The notes: a model not told the origin generated them from the letters alone. Numbered from the stretch's first letter, positions 7,816-17,787 are shown. The stretch is DNA of 33,638 nt from Candidatus Hermodarchaeota archaeon (GCA_048885865.1 JBHLLF010000025.1:4179-37816); one strand, 5' to 3'. Numbers and translations are program-made.

Positions 7816-8475
7816 CTATATTGAATTATCAGCCAATTCAAGTTCAGTTTCCAATTCCTTAGCGAAATATTCGAGCGTCGCAAATCTCTTCTTCGCCAGT
7901 TCCTTCCCTAGCTCAGTGTTCATACTCCCAACAATCCTTTCCGCAAGCTTCAGAAACTCATTAACAGCGGCCGAAACCTCATCTAGCAAGAATCCTGGAT
8001 TTATCTTGATACCATTTACCATGAAGTGAATCAGTCCAATCGCTCCCAGTTTCACAATCTTATCAGCGTCCCAGAGCACTTGTGCCTCAAGGGGTTGAAT
8101 GGGTTTTTCAAGTGTTAGTCCTACATGCTTGCGAATCGTATCACACACTCTATCAATCACTTCTAGACTGACAGACTTGGCAAGAAGAATCTCCCTTGCT
8201 CTTTCGGCTCCCGTATCACCGTGCTTTTGAACCCCGCCCATTCCAGGCTTCGCTATATCATGAAGCCATGCTGCGAGAGTGACGATTTCTTCATCAGCTC
8301 CTACATGCCTAGCTATTTCCTTTGCTATGTCTACAACATACTTCACGTGGTCAAACCTATAGTTGTAAAGAGCCACGTTGTTATTCGTTTGAGCTGAAAG
8401 CCATTCCTCAATAGCGGCCTTCTCAGAGCTTTCTCTCACTATCTCTTCTAGCTCTGCCTCAAGTCCTTTTTTCAT
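7816..8475 (-). CDS. HD-domain metal-dependent phosphohydrolase
   Basis: Motifs 'RFDHVKYV', 'AAWLHDIAK', 'HGDTGA', 'IRKH', 'LWDADKI'; abuts the cinA-like gene. Confidence 0.9.
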   Translation of the reverse strand: MKKGLEAELEEIVRESSEKAAIEEWLSAQTNNNVALYNYRFDHVKYVVDIAKEIARHVGADEEIVTLAAWLHDIAKPGMGGVQKHGDTGAERAREILLAKSVSLEVIDRVCDTIRKHVGLTLEKPIQPLEAQVLWDADKIVKLGAIGLIHFMVNGIKINPGFLLDEVSAAVNEFLKLAERIVGSMNTELGKELAKKRFATLEYFAKELETELELADNSI

Positions 8476-8590
8476 TTGAATCCGTTATCTTGGAGGAATT
8501 GTGAGACTTATGAATTGTATCACGGTGGCTTCACATATTTGAAACAACTTTGCTGTCAGCAAATGACAAATCTAAGGCAAATCTGAAATT

Positions 8591-9814
8591 CTACTCTTCC
8601 AGCAGTTCAATAATTTTCAGGAAAAGCGTCATCAGATACCCGGTCGCTGATCTATTTCTTTCCATATTCCGATATATTTCGAGACCTTCTTTAGTGAACC
8701 AATACTCTGGATCAGGTCTTTTGGGTCTGACAACTTCAAGATGTTCTGATACAAAGTAAGGGATAGATGATCCTCCCCACCCCTTCTTATCCCATCTAAG
8801 CCCCGTTTCCCAAATCACCGGCGGGAATCCTAGGTCCGCCATGTACATTCGGATAATTCTCTTGTTGTAATTGCTTTTATGGCTGAATGTTCCCGCCAAA
8901 TCTAGGAAAGACTGCTTCATGAATGGAAAATCGACCTCTGTGTTATTGGCATGGGCACACCTTGCTGCAATGAAGGAATCATAGGAAACATTAGCTGCTC
9001 CCCAATTCTGTATTAAATCCCAAAGGCTGTTGGATTTTACTTTTTCATACAATTGAGAGAACTCAAATTTGCTATTATTGACTAACTCATTTGGCTCCCT
9101 TGATACCATGCTTACGAACCAAGCGAACTCAGTACCTAGCATCTTAGAAGCAAGGATATACGGTTCGTATTTCAGAAATCTCTGAATGAACGGGACAATC
9201 TTCAGTGGAGTTCTCATATAGTATACCTTGTGAAACCTATGCCCCCCGAAAAAAGAGTCCACCCCATCAGCAGTCACTGAAACATCTACTTCCTCCCTTG
9301 CGATAACATCGAAAGCTGTGTAAAACATCGTAGTTGAATAGCTGATTGACGCTGTATTCTTCAAGGCTTCTATTAAATATGGAAGCTGCGCCTTTACACT
9401 GCTATCGATGACTCGAAGTGGAACACCCACAAATTTGGCAGAATTTCTTGCCCCTTCAAGCTCCATTCCTTCAGGGAATGTTGGACCCCAATCTGAGTGA
9501 TATGCTATTACCTTGGCATCTGGAAATTCTCTTTTCACCAAAAATAAACAGAGCGCTGAATCGATCCCACCTGAAAGCAGAACCCCGATTTTCTCCGCTG
9601 AATATTGGTCCAATGTTGCATGGATTTCATGAGTGAAGACTCCATCAATTGTCTCAAAATCATAGTCATTGAATGCGGTTTGACCCTTCCATCTCAATTC
9701 AAATGGCAAGTTTGGAGAATTGTGGGGATATACATGATCGGGAAAAGGGTACCCCTGGAATCTTTCACCATTTGTCCTGAAAATAATCTCCAGCGCATTT
9801 CTGTCAATTTCCAC
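8591..9814 (-). CDS. Asparagine synthase-like (PP-loop) amidoligase lacking the Ntn glutaminase domain
   Basis: Motifs 'IGVLLSGGIDSAL', 'TADGVDSFFGGH', 'EVDFPFM', 'KRIIR', 'DKKGWG'. Only ~75 aa precede the PP-loop and there is no N-terminal Cys2. Confidence 0.75.
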   Translation of the reverse strand: MEIDRNALEIIFRTNGERFQGYPFPDHVYPHNSPNLPFELRWKGQTAFNDYDFETIDGVFTHEIHATLDQYSAEKIGVLLSGGIDSALCLFLVKREFPDAKVIAYHSDWGPTFPEGMELEGARNSAKFVGVPLRVIDSSVKAQLPYLIEALKNTASISYSTTMFYTAFDVIAREEVDVSVTADGVDSFFGGHRFHKVYYMRTPLKIVPFIQRFLKYEPYILASKMLGTEFAWFVSMVSREPNELVNNSKFEFSQLYEKVKSNSLWDLIQNWGAANVSYDSFIAARCAHANNTEVDFPFMKQSFLDLAGTFSHKSNYNKRIIRMYMADLGFPPVIWETGLRWDKKGWGGSSIPYFVSEHLEVVRPKRPDPEYWFTKEGLEIYRNMERNRSATGYLMTLFLKIIELLEE

Positions 9815-9899
9815 AGTCTTGCCTTCCTCGATTGATATCTATTCCTAGATTCCATAAAACAGCTTCTGAAGGAATGATTGAAACAAATAGACACCTCAT

Positions 9900-10853
9900 C
9901 TATTTCTGGTAGATTCCTTTTCGTATTATCTCAAAGACTCCGATCATGTACTCCTCAGTTAATTTCCCGTCATCAATTCTGTCCGCACCAATACTAACGA
10001 TTGTTGCTCTATCTTTCATTGGCACCACATTCAGAATTCTCATAATCATCCTTTTGAAACTGTAGAATCTCTGCAATTCTTCATCTTCACAATGCCAGGT
10101 GCCTTCAATGTACTTGTGAAGATACCCTCGCAAAAAGTGCTGGGGATGTGTTCTCTGAATTGCAAGAAACAACGAGTAGATAATCGCATGAAGCGGATTC
10201 CATCCTAGGTAATACATGCGAGATCCATAGTCATATAATCCGCTAGGTGCATACATATGAGTAGGCCGCGTGGTCCATATGAGTAGGTCTTTTGGAATCA
10301 GAAGCTTGTAGCCCATTCTTAAAGCAATTACATTCCAGAGAGAATCTGGATCAAGGTCCCAATATTTCCCTTTGGTTTCCCTAACAACCTCCCATCTCAC
10401 AATCTTTCCAGCACCCATAGGGGTATCGCTACCCACTTCCCCTCGAATTCTACCTGCCATGGCACCAATTTGTGGAAACTCCTGTAGAATTCTGACACCT
10501 ATCTCTGTATAATATTTGGGAAATCTGGAATCTCCACCTGTTAGAAGCAAGAAATCGAATCTATCCGAGTCCACCCATTCGTTGTTCAAAATATCGAGTT
10601 TCCGGAACGCTCTTCCTTTTAGGTTCTGGTCTGGCTTTGCCTTTGGTGGCATTGAGAACAGCATGTATGGAATATTAGACTGCTCAAGGTTCTTCTCGAA
10701 AATTCTCGTTGAGTCATCTGTACTGCCATCGTCAATGATTAGCCAGAAATCTGGGGGGTAAGATTGAGCAGCCAAGTTCCTTACTAATCCAGGAATATTC
10801 TTAGCTTCATTGTAGTATTCAGTAACAGCCAATATCTTTACCATGACAAGCAT
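9900..10853 (-). CDS. Glycosyltransferase family 2 (atypical DxD motif)
   Basis: 'YYNEAKNI', 'IIDDGSTDDS'; 'TGGDSRFP' at the position of the DxD motif. Confidence 0.85.
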   Translation of the reverse strand: MLVMVKILAVTEYYNEAKNIPGLVRNLAAQSYPPDFWLIIDDGSTDDSTRIFEKNLEQSNIPYMLFSMPPKAKPDQNLKGRAFRKLDILNNEWVDSDRFDFLLLTGGDSRFPKYYTEIGVRILQEFPQIGAMAGRIRGEVGSDTPMGAGKIVRWEVVRETKGKYWDLDPDSLWNVIALRMGYKLLIPKDLLIWTTRPTHMYAPSGLYDYGSRMYYLGWNPLHAIIYSLFLAIQRTHPQHFLRGYLHKYIEGTWHCEDEELQRFYSFKRMIMRILNVVPMKDRATIVSIGADRIDDGKLTEEYMIGVFEIIRKGIYQK

Positions 10854-11005
10854 TCCGTATCCAGTTAATCAGTTACAGCTAAACCCTTGATTCGGGAAGC
10901 CCATCAATCTTGTATTTATATTCATAGCGTTTCGTTTCTGAGTTTCCCTTAGTCCTTTCAACAGATGCGACCTGGGTTCGATGTGATGCTGCGTATTTTA
11001 TTCCC

Positions 11006-11812
11006 CTAGAATATCTCTCTCATGAATGCCAGCAATCGTTTCTCAAGCAGGTTCCCATAATAGTCCTGAATATCATCATCTTCAGACCTCCATGTGCCCC
11101 TTATCCATTCCGACCAGTACCCGCGCAAGTATTGAGCGTCAAACTGCAGGATTCCCTTTAAAATTACGTAGGACAATGCTACTCCTGCGTAGTATGCTAA
11201 TCTTCCAGCACGGTACCTACCCCTCTTTGATGGCAGATGGGATGGAGGCGATTTCACTTTCATTTCGTCCAGGACCCTAATATCATAACCGAGTTTCAAT
11301 GCCTTGACATTGAGGAATGAATCAATGGAGATGTCCCAGTATTTGTCTATGTATTGAATGACTTCCGACCTGACGACCTTCCCTGTGAACATCGGAAATG
11401 TCCTTCTTGGAGCCCCAGCAACTTGACCTGCAACGACACCTATTTTCGGGTTCCTCTCCAAATAGTCTATCATACGTTCGAAATAGTATCTTGGAAATCT
11501 TGTATCGACATCAGCTGTAGCGACGTAGGACACCTGCGTGGATAATTCTTTAATCAGAGGCTGAGCTTTGGTCCAAGCCCTGCCCAATGTGTCTAGGTTT
11601 CCTTTCTGTTTCTTACCCATTTGCACAATCTCATAGCGCAGACCTTGTTTCTTGGCGGCTTCAATCGCAACATCCTCACTATTATCAATGGAACCATCAT
11701 CAACAAATATGAAAACCATAGGTTTCACCGTTTGCTGCGCGATATTATCAATCAACAAGGGGAGCTGTTCTTGTTCGTTATAGAATTTAGTCATGATGAG
11801 ATATTCAGCCAA
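11006..11812 (-). CDS. Glycosyltransferase family 2
   Basis: 'FYNEQEQL', 'FVDDGSIDNS', 'ADVDTRFP'; paralog of 9900..10853. Confidence 0.9.
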   Translation of the reverse strand: MAEYLIMTKFYNEQEQLPLLIDNIAQQTVKPMVFIFVDDGSIDNSEDVAIEAAKKQGLRYEIVQMGKKQKGNLDTLGRAWTKAQPLIKELSTQVSYVATADVDTRFPRYYFERMIDYLERNPKIGVVAGQVAGAPRRTFPMFTGKVVRSEVIQYIDKYWDISIDSFLNVKALKLGYDIRVLDEMKVKSPPSHLPSKRGRYRAGRLAYYAGVALSYVILKGILQFDAQYLRGYWSEWIRGTWRSEDDDIQDYYGNLLEKRLLAFMREIF

Positions 11813-11966
11813 AGATATGACCCCGAATTTTCATGTCAAGAGCCTGAATCATCACAGTCAAGCGCTCGGTATTGTAGTTTGCTAAAAACATTCCGATAGA
11901 TTTTGAGAATGAAATCCTGGATAAGAGTTAAAACAACGACATTATTGGCTGAGCTAGGTTTTTGAA

Positions 11967-13274
11967 TTGACAAAAGGCAGAATATCAGTTGTCGGTCTTG
12001 GATATGTGGGTCTCCCCGTTGCTGCCAAATTTGCTGAAGCTGGGTTCTCAGTTGTAGGAATAGATGTACTTCCAGAACGCGTGAGCCTCATAAACGCTGG
12101 CCAATCTCCCATTGAGGGAGAAGAACCGGGTCTTCAAGCTCTGATTGAGCGCGTCGTGGCATCAGGTTCACTTAGAGCCTCGACAGATTACACTTCAATC
12201 AAAGATTCCGACTATGTCCTTATTGTTGTTCAAACTCCTTTCGATCTGAGAAGAAGAGAGCCCTTCTACGAAGCGCTTCGATCAGCAACAGCAAGTGTTG
12301 GCAAGAATCTAGCCGAAGGGACTCTCGTAGTTGTAGAATCGACAGTGGCTCCTGGAACAGTTGATACCATTGTAAAGCCAATTCTGGAAGAGCATTCCGG
12401 ATTAGAATGTGGCAAAGACTTCATGCTCGCCGTTGCACCTGAAAGAGTAATGCCTGGAAAATTACTCTATAACTTGGCTAATTTGGATCGAGTCATAGGC
12501 GGTGAAACTGAAGAATCTACAATGAAGGCAATCGAGTTGTACAAGCATATTGGGAGCGGAAAACTCTTTCCTACAACTAGTCTAACCGCTGAAGTTGTAA
12601 AGACAACTGAAAACGCCTATCGTGATGTTCAGATTGCTTTTGCAAATGAAATTGCCCTGCTATGTGAGAATATTGGCGTAGACGTTCATGAAGTTCGGGA
12701 GCTAGTCAATAAATCACCAAACAGAGATATGCACATTCCTGGTGCTGGAGTTGGTGGGCATTGCATACCCAAAGACTCCTGGTTGCTCCTTTTTGGCTCA
12801 AGAGGGAAATATGAACCCAAGCTCATTTCGATAGCTAGAGAAATCAATGATGGAATGCCCCGACATATGAGTGAGCTATGTGAGGTAGCACTTAGTCGTG
12901 CGGGAAGAAGACCTTACGGCAGTATAATCACCATTCTCGGATTTGCCTATCTGGAGAATTCCGCAGATACAAGGAATTCGCCTGCGTATCTTTTGATCAA
13001 ATCACTAGAAACATTAGGCGCAATTCCAGTTGTGCATGATCCCTATGTTAAAGAGGCAAATGATATCCAAATATTGCAGGATATTGAAAAAGCAGCAGAA
13101 GGATCTGATTGTATTGTCGTCGTTACAGCACATGATGAATATAGGGAACTGAATCTCAAACGGTTGAAGTCCTTGATGCGCACTCCTATCATCGTTGATG
13201 GTCGTAACGTGGTGAGTAGGCAAGAGGCTATAGACAATGGGTTTTCATACCTTGGCCTTGGGCGCGGAAAATAG
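11967..13274 (+). CDS. wecC: UDP-N-acetylhexosamine 6-dehydrogenase (WecC/WbpA family)
   Basis: 'VVGLGYVGLP', 'VQTP', 'ESTVAPGT', 'PERVMPG', 'KTTENAYRDVQIAFANE', catalytic 'GVGGHCIPKD', 'DTRNSP'. Confidence 0.85.
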   Translation: MTKGRISVVGLGYVGLPVAAKFAEAGFSVVGIDVLPERVSLINAGQSPIEGEEPGLQALIERVVASGSLRASTDYTSIKDSDYVLIVVQTPFDLRRREPFYEALRSATASVGKNLAEGTLVVVESTVAPGTVDTIVKPILEEHSGLECGKDFMLAVAPERVMPGKLLYNLANLDRVIGGETEESTMKAIELYKHIGSGKLFPTTSLTAEVVKTTENAYRDVQIAFANEIALLCENIGVDVHEVRELVNKSPNRDMHIPGAGVGGHCIPKDSWLLLFGSRGKYEPKLISIAREINDGMPRHMSELCEVALSRAGRRPYGSIITILGFAYLENSADTRNSPAYLLIKSLETLGAIPVVHDPYVKEANDIQILQDIEKAAEGSDCIVVVTAHDEYRELNLKRLKSLMRTPIIVDGRNVVSRQEAIDNGFSYLGLGRGK

Positions 13275-13384
13275 ATTGGCGGTCTATCTGTTGAGAAACT
13301 TAACTGGGCGAATCATTAGAATTAGCTGCGAATTAACCCCAGAAGAAATGAATCATTCAAGAGTAAGATAGTTTCAGGTTTTCA

Positions 13385-13561
13385 TATTTCACACCCGAGC
13401 ATATGAAAGATGACATGCCGAAGGAACCGGATCCCGAATACTGGTTCACTCCAGCTGGATGTAACATTTACAGGAATACATACTGCACTAAATCCTCCAT
13501 CGACTAACTAATGACGCTCTTAATGAAAATCTTGGAACCAAATGAAGAGTGGCATCAGTAA
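13385..13561 (+). pseudogene. Decayed C-terminal fragment of a paralog of the AsnB-like gene 8591..9814
   Basis: YFTPEHMKDDMPKEPDPEYWFTPAGCNIYRNTYCTKSSID*LMTLLMKILEPNEE aligns without gaps to YFVSEHLEVVRPKRPDPEYWFTKEGLEIYRNMERNRSATGYLMTLFLKIIELLEE (29/55 identical by hand count). In-frame TAA at 13505-13507. Confidence 0.85.
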
Positions 13562-13562
13562 G

Positions 13563-14069
13563 CTAATCGCCATCGACAATTTTGGAAAAGCCGTGATCTC
13601 TAATGAAATCATTCCTGAGCTGAATTCCCCTATCGATATCCTGATTTCTTTCTGGTTTGAGATTCTGAAGCTCCGCATAATATTCTCGCGTTTCTCGGAC
13701 AGTTTTCGTATCAAGCTCAAAGTGTTCAGCTAGCTGCTCTGAAACATCCAGCAGCGCAGAGTAAATTGGAAACCAGAATATCTTTTCTTTAGGAGATGGA
13801 ACATATTGGAAAGGATTCCGTTCTAGTGTTACCTCTTGTGAGGGTGCCCACATCACCAATACTCTGTCATAGATATAACCAAGAATCAGAAAGATGATGA
13901 GAATAATCCCCGCAAACACGAAGGGGCCAGTTTGCTGCATATCTGAAACCCAAGGAACATACTCGTAGTAAGCAACAGCTAACAGCAGGATGCCATAGAA
14001 TAACGACCATATCCCTCTAATCTGAACAATGCGCCATTGCTGTTTCATAATCCATTTCTTTAGTCCCAT
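13563..14069 (-). CDS. Hypothetical membrane protein, one copy of a ~165-aa 2-TM domain
   Basis: 'KKWIMKQQWRIVQIR', two TMs, 'GYIYDRVLVMW..ERNPFQY'. Confidence 0.85.
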   Translation of the reverse strand: MGLKKWIMKQQWRIVQIRGIWSLFYGILLLAVAYYEYVPWVSDMQQTGPFVFAGIILIIFLILGYIYDRVLVMWAPSQEVTLERNPFQYVPSPKEKIFWFPIYSALLDVSEQLAEHFELDTKTVRETREYYAELQNLKPERNQDIDRGIQLRNDFIRDHGFSKIVDGD

Positions 14070-14072
14070 TTC

Positions 14073-15092
14073 CTATTCCTCCTGAAAGAGTGAACCTAAC
14101 TTTGCACGCATCTTTACTGCGCTATCCAAGTCTTTGCTCGTGGTAGTTCGAATCTTCGTATATTCATCGAAGTACAGTATAATCTTCTCCAATTCCTCTG
14201 TGTCCAAACCGAGTTTGATTAGAGTTTCATGGAAAACCCGGAGTAGAGTGTAAAAGAAGGGTATAGTGAATGCCACTAGTGCTGGCTGAAGTATGTAGGT
14301 GTAAGGATTTCTCTCTACCCTCACAGCTAGGTCAGCAGACCAGATTCTGAGTTTCTTATCATACACCCATCCAACAAAAACCAAGAAGATCAAAAGCGGA
14401 AGTGAGATTGCGAAGAATGCCAAAAATATAGCATTCTCACTAGCCGCATCTGGAAAGATCACAAACACATATAGAGCACCAAAAACCAAAGTGTCTTGAA
14501 CTAATCCTGTGAGACTCTGAATCCATGTTAGCCTCAGAATCTGAGTTTCCCATCCCAGTTTGATTCTCGAAGAGATGGATATTGCTTGACTAGTGTCATA
14601 CTCTGTCCTTGAGAATGGATGCTCATCGAGAAACTCCTTTCCCATCTCGATAGATCTGTTGATGTCTGTCTTATTTGGGCGTAACGAGAAGTACTCTTGA
14701 AGATATGTTGCGAGTTGGTCAATTGAAACTCCATCAATCTCAAATTTGTCTGCCAGGCTTTTGATTGTTTGAACAATGGCATACAGAACAGGATATTCAA
14801 AGATATCCGTCCTTATCATAGGAATGTGATAGTACGCATGCCTTTCATAATTAGCCTGAATCTTCTGACTCCACATTCTCAATCTTATATCGTATATCCA
14901 GCCCAGGCTTAAGAACGCTAAAAAGAGCATCATGCCCAGAAGGAGTGCTCCAATAACCCCCATATCTCTGAGGACAGGAACGAAATCTAGGTAGAGCTTG
15001 CCTATTACCAGCATGCTGAGTCCAAGACTTGTTAGAATCCGAATCTGACTGACTCGCCAATACTGTTTCATAATCCACTTCTTTACTGACAA
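14073..15092 (-). CDS. Hypothetical membrane protein, two tandem copies of the same ~165-aa domain
   Basis: 'KKWIMKQYWRVSQIR..GWIYDIRLRMW..ERHAYY' and 'GWVYDKKLRIW..ERNPYTY'. Confidence 0.85.
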   Translation of the reverse strand: MSVKKWIMKQYWRVSQIRILTSLGLSMLVIGKLYLDFVPVLRDMGVIGALLLGMMLFLAFLSLGWIYDIRLRMWSQKIQANYERHAYYHIPMIRTDIFEYPVLYAIVQTIKSLADKFEIDGVSIDQLATYLQEYFSLRPNKTDINRSIEMGKEFLDEHPFSRTEYDTSQAISISSRIKLGWETQILRLTWIQSLTGLVQDTLVFGALYVFVIFPDAASENAIFLAFFAISLPLLIFLVFVGWVYDKKLRIWSADLAVRVERNPYTYILQPALVAFTIPFFYTLLRVFHETLIKLGLDTEELEKIILYFDEYTKIRTTTSKDLDSAVKMRAKLGSLFQEE

Positions 15093-15216
15093 GTCTTTGG
15101 CACTCCTCGGGCTTTTTAGCAGCTGGTTTTGAAAATGGTAATAACTGTTGTTAAGGTTGAATGATTGAACAAAACATTCCTCAATGACCGCAAAATATCG
15201 GCTGCATAAATGACTC

Positions 15217-16668
15217 TCAGAGCTCCTTCAGATATAGAATCTCGCCCGGACGGGAATAGCCTTTCTTCATGAAGCCAAGGGATTCGAAAAGCCGCTTTGA
15301 TCGTTTATTCTCCTTTATAACACGTGCAAGGGCTTTTTCATATCCTCTCTTTCTTAACCACGCGACAACGAGCTTGACAGATTGTTTGCCGATTGATTTT
15401 CCCCACTGAGACTTATTTCCAACAAAAAGGCCAATCTCGGGAGAATCACCATTCAGATCCACACAATTTATGCTGCCCACTGGGATTCGCACGCCGTGTT
15501 CATTTAGCAGGATGATCCAATCAACTCTATCGTTTCTTGATGACCACCACTCAAGATGCTCGTCCCAAATCAATGCTTCATTTTGATTGTAGAAATACTG
15601 ATAGACTGAAGGATCTGAACGCCAATCCATTATCATTTTTAAATCGTTGTCAGTGACTTGGCGCAATGAGATTGCTGCATCATCATGAACATGAAAAATA
15701 GCCTCCAGAACTTCTTCTCTACCTTTGCCAATTTGCATATTAGCTACAATTTCGGTATTAGGATCGAGATGATATCCTAATTCTGACAGACCAAAGAATT
15801 TAGGGTCTGAACCAATCTTTCTGAAGAGGTCACTGTAAACTCGCTTCTGTAATTCATTCTGATACATGACCACGACATGAGACCTCTCTGTCAAAGATTC
15901 AAACATTGTGAGTCCTGGAGATGTAATAACCAGGTCTGCCTTGTGAATGAGTTCAAATAGATTAGCCAGATTCCTATGAATCAGAACATTCAATCTCCTT
16001 TCACTCGTCCTGAGAATCTGATTCAGCTCATCATCGTATTCGAAATGCGGACCTAAGACAACGTCAATTTCTATTGGGTTCTCATCCCTCGCGATGTGTT
16101 GCAGGATTCGATCCAATGCAAAGGTTGTCTTGTTTGAAGGATCACTTCCACCAAACGCAAGGAGAAGTCTTCTAGCTTGATCTGGACTTCTTTTTGTAGT
16201 GCTTTCTGGCCATCGGAATAATCTATTGAGAACGAGATATCTTGGACCTAACATAAACATTGTTTGATTTTGATCATCGAGGAATTTTCTATTTGTGAAG
16301 TCTTTGGTTATTAGAGCATTAATCACAATGTCCGCGTGTCTATTCGCTTGAGTTTCGTTGTCAAAAATGACGATTTTCGCTTTTGATGACTGTTTGATTT
16401 TTCGCGCTAGCATTGGATCAACATCAAGACAATCAAATACGACACTGTCTGGTCCAAAATTCATTAGTTTCTGAATGAGTTTCTCAGGCGTAGTATATCT
16501 CCCGACATTGAAACCACACTCTTCGATTTTGCGTATCGTGACTTCCTCACTTCTTGAAAAGAATCGTATATCGATTCCTTTACCGAGATCGCCAGCAAGT
16601 GTCAATGTCCGGAATACATGACCCATCCCGAAGTCTTTTCCGCCCTCGGTGATGAATGCGATTCTCAT
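15217..16668 (-). CDS. pseG: Fused PseG (UDP-sugar hydrolase) and PseH-type GNAT N-acetyltransferase
   Basis: PseG motifs 'GMGHVFRTLTLA', 'LGPRY', 'FGGSDP', 'ADLVIT'; C-terminal GNAT 'LRQVTDNDLKMIMDWRSDP..EHLEWW..WGKSIG..NKRSKRLFESLGF'. Start chosen at MRIAF (16668); the ORF track starts at 16710. Confidence 0.85.
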   Translation of the reverse strand: MRIAFITEGGKDFGMGHVFRTLTLAGDLGKGIDIRFFSRSEEVTIRKIEECGFNVGRYTTPEKLIQKLMNFGPDSVVFDCLDVDPMLARKIKQSSKAKIVIFDNETQANRHADIVINALITKDFTNRKFLDDQNQTMFMLGPRYLVLNRLFRWPESTTKRSPDQARRLLLAFGGSDPSNKTTFALDRILQHIARDENPIEIDVVLGPHFEYDDELNQILRTSERRLNVLIHRNLANLFELIHKADLVITSPGLTMFESLTERSHVVVMYQNELQKRVYSDLFRKIGSDPKFFGLSELGYHLDPNTEIVANMQIGKGREEVLEAIFHVHDDAAISLRQVTDNDLKMIMDWRSDPSVYQYFYNQNEALIWDEHLEWWSSRNDRVDWIILLNEHGVRIPVGSINCVDLNGDSPEIGLFVGNKSQWGKSIGKQSVKLVVAWLRKRGYEKALARVIKENKRSKRLFESLGFMKKGYSRPGEILYLKEL

Positions 16669-16691
16669 CCTACAACCTTCCAGTTTTTCCT

Positions 16692-17741
16692 TCAGTCGAT
16701 CAAATCCCAATCAAGGGGTGTGCCTTTCTTGAGGTCACTCCTTGCTTTCTTTCCGAGAACCTCTCTTAGATGCCTAGGATGAAGTCCATAAGCTGGTCGA
16801 ATTGATCTCACATTTTCTGATGTCAGTGTGCCTCCCTTTTCGATATCCTGTACCACAAACAAGGAGCGAGCGAACTCTCTGCTTTTCTTTGTTTTTTCTG
16901 ATAGTGAATATTCAACCTTTCCAAGTGCCTCCTCCACTTCTCTTATTGCAGTAACCATGCCAGCGAATTCTTCAGGCTCTAAAGAAAAAGCTGAGTCTGG
17001 ACCGCCTAGTTCCCGGCTCGTGGTTATGTGCTTTTCAACTAAGCATGCTCCAAGAGACACTGCTGCAATTGGTACCGATATCCCCAGCGTATGATCTGAT
17101 AGTCCTACCAACGTGTTGAATTTTGAGGCCAAGTCTGGCATGGTAAGAAGATTCACTTCATTCAATGGTGTTGGATATGCTGATGTACACTTTAATAGAA
17201 TGATGTCGTCATTTCCAGCATTTCTACATGCTTGGATTGCTTCCTCTATATCACTAAATTCTGCAATTCCAGTAGACATCACCATTGGTTTCTTTTTTGA
17301 TGCCATATACCCAATTAGTTGGATATCAGTGATTTCGAATGATGCTAATTTGTAAGCGGGCACATTGATTTTCTCCAGGAAATCAACAGCGGTTTCATCA
17401 AACGGGGATGAAAAGCAAATCATTCCCAAGTCTTCAGCATGTTTCTTCAAATTTGGTTGCCATTCCCAAGGAGTATACGCTTCTTCGTACAACTGATAAA
17501 GTGTTCTTCCATCCCATATTGTGTCTTGTTTAATTTGGAAATACTCGTTATCACAGTCGAGAGTTATTGTATCAGGTGTATAGGTTTGCATTTTGACAGC
17601 GTCTGCTCCAGCATCCCTAGCAGCATCTATAGTCTTGACTGCCAAATCATAATCCTGCAAATGGTTGGCAGAAATCTCAGCCACAACAAAGACCGGTTTG
17701 TTTTCCCCGACTTCTCTGTTTCCAATCTTAATGGTTTTCAT
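16692..17741 (-). CDS. pseI: Pseudaminic acid synthase
   Basis: 'VAEISANH', 'KMQTYTPDTITLD', 'AYTPWEW', 'YKLASFEITD', 'LKCTSAYP', 'GLSDHTLG', 'EKH', 'DSAFS', C-terminal SAF domain. Start at MKTIKIG with a GGTGA RBS. Confidence 0.9.
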   Translation of the reverse strand: MKTIKIGNREVGENKPVFVVAEISANHLQDYDLAVKTIDAARDAGADAVKMQTYTPDTITLDCDNEYFQIKQDTIWDGRTLYQLYEEAYTPWEWQPNLKKHAEDLGMICFSSPFDETAVDFLEKINVPAYKLASFEITDIQLIGYMASKKKPMVMSTGIAEFSDIEEAIQACRNAGNDDIILLKCTSAYPTPLNEVNLLTMPDLASKFNTLVGLSDHTLGISVPIAAVSLGACLVEKHITTSRELGGPDSAFSLEPEEFAGMVTAIREVEEALGKVEYSLSEKTKKSREFARSLFVVQDIEKGGTLTSENVRSIRPAYGLHPRHLREVLGKKARSDLKKGTPLDWDLID

Positions 17742-17787
17742 CAATTCACCCTTTTTTATGCTGAAGTATTCACGCTGAATTAGCATG

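Noticed and set aside
7310-8029. 239-aa plus-strand ORF, and the many other 60-126-aa overlapping ORFs in the track
   Set aside because: They are antisense or alternate-frame shadows of well-supported genes, often Ser-rich, with no recognisable motifs.
10965-10995. GGTTCGA tRNA T-loop-like motif
   Set aside because: There is no T-stem pairing or cloverleaf around it.
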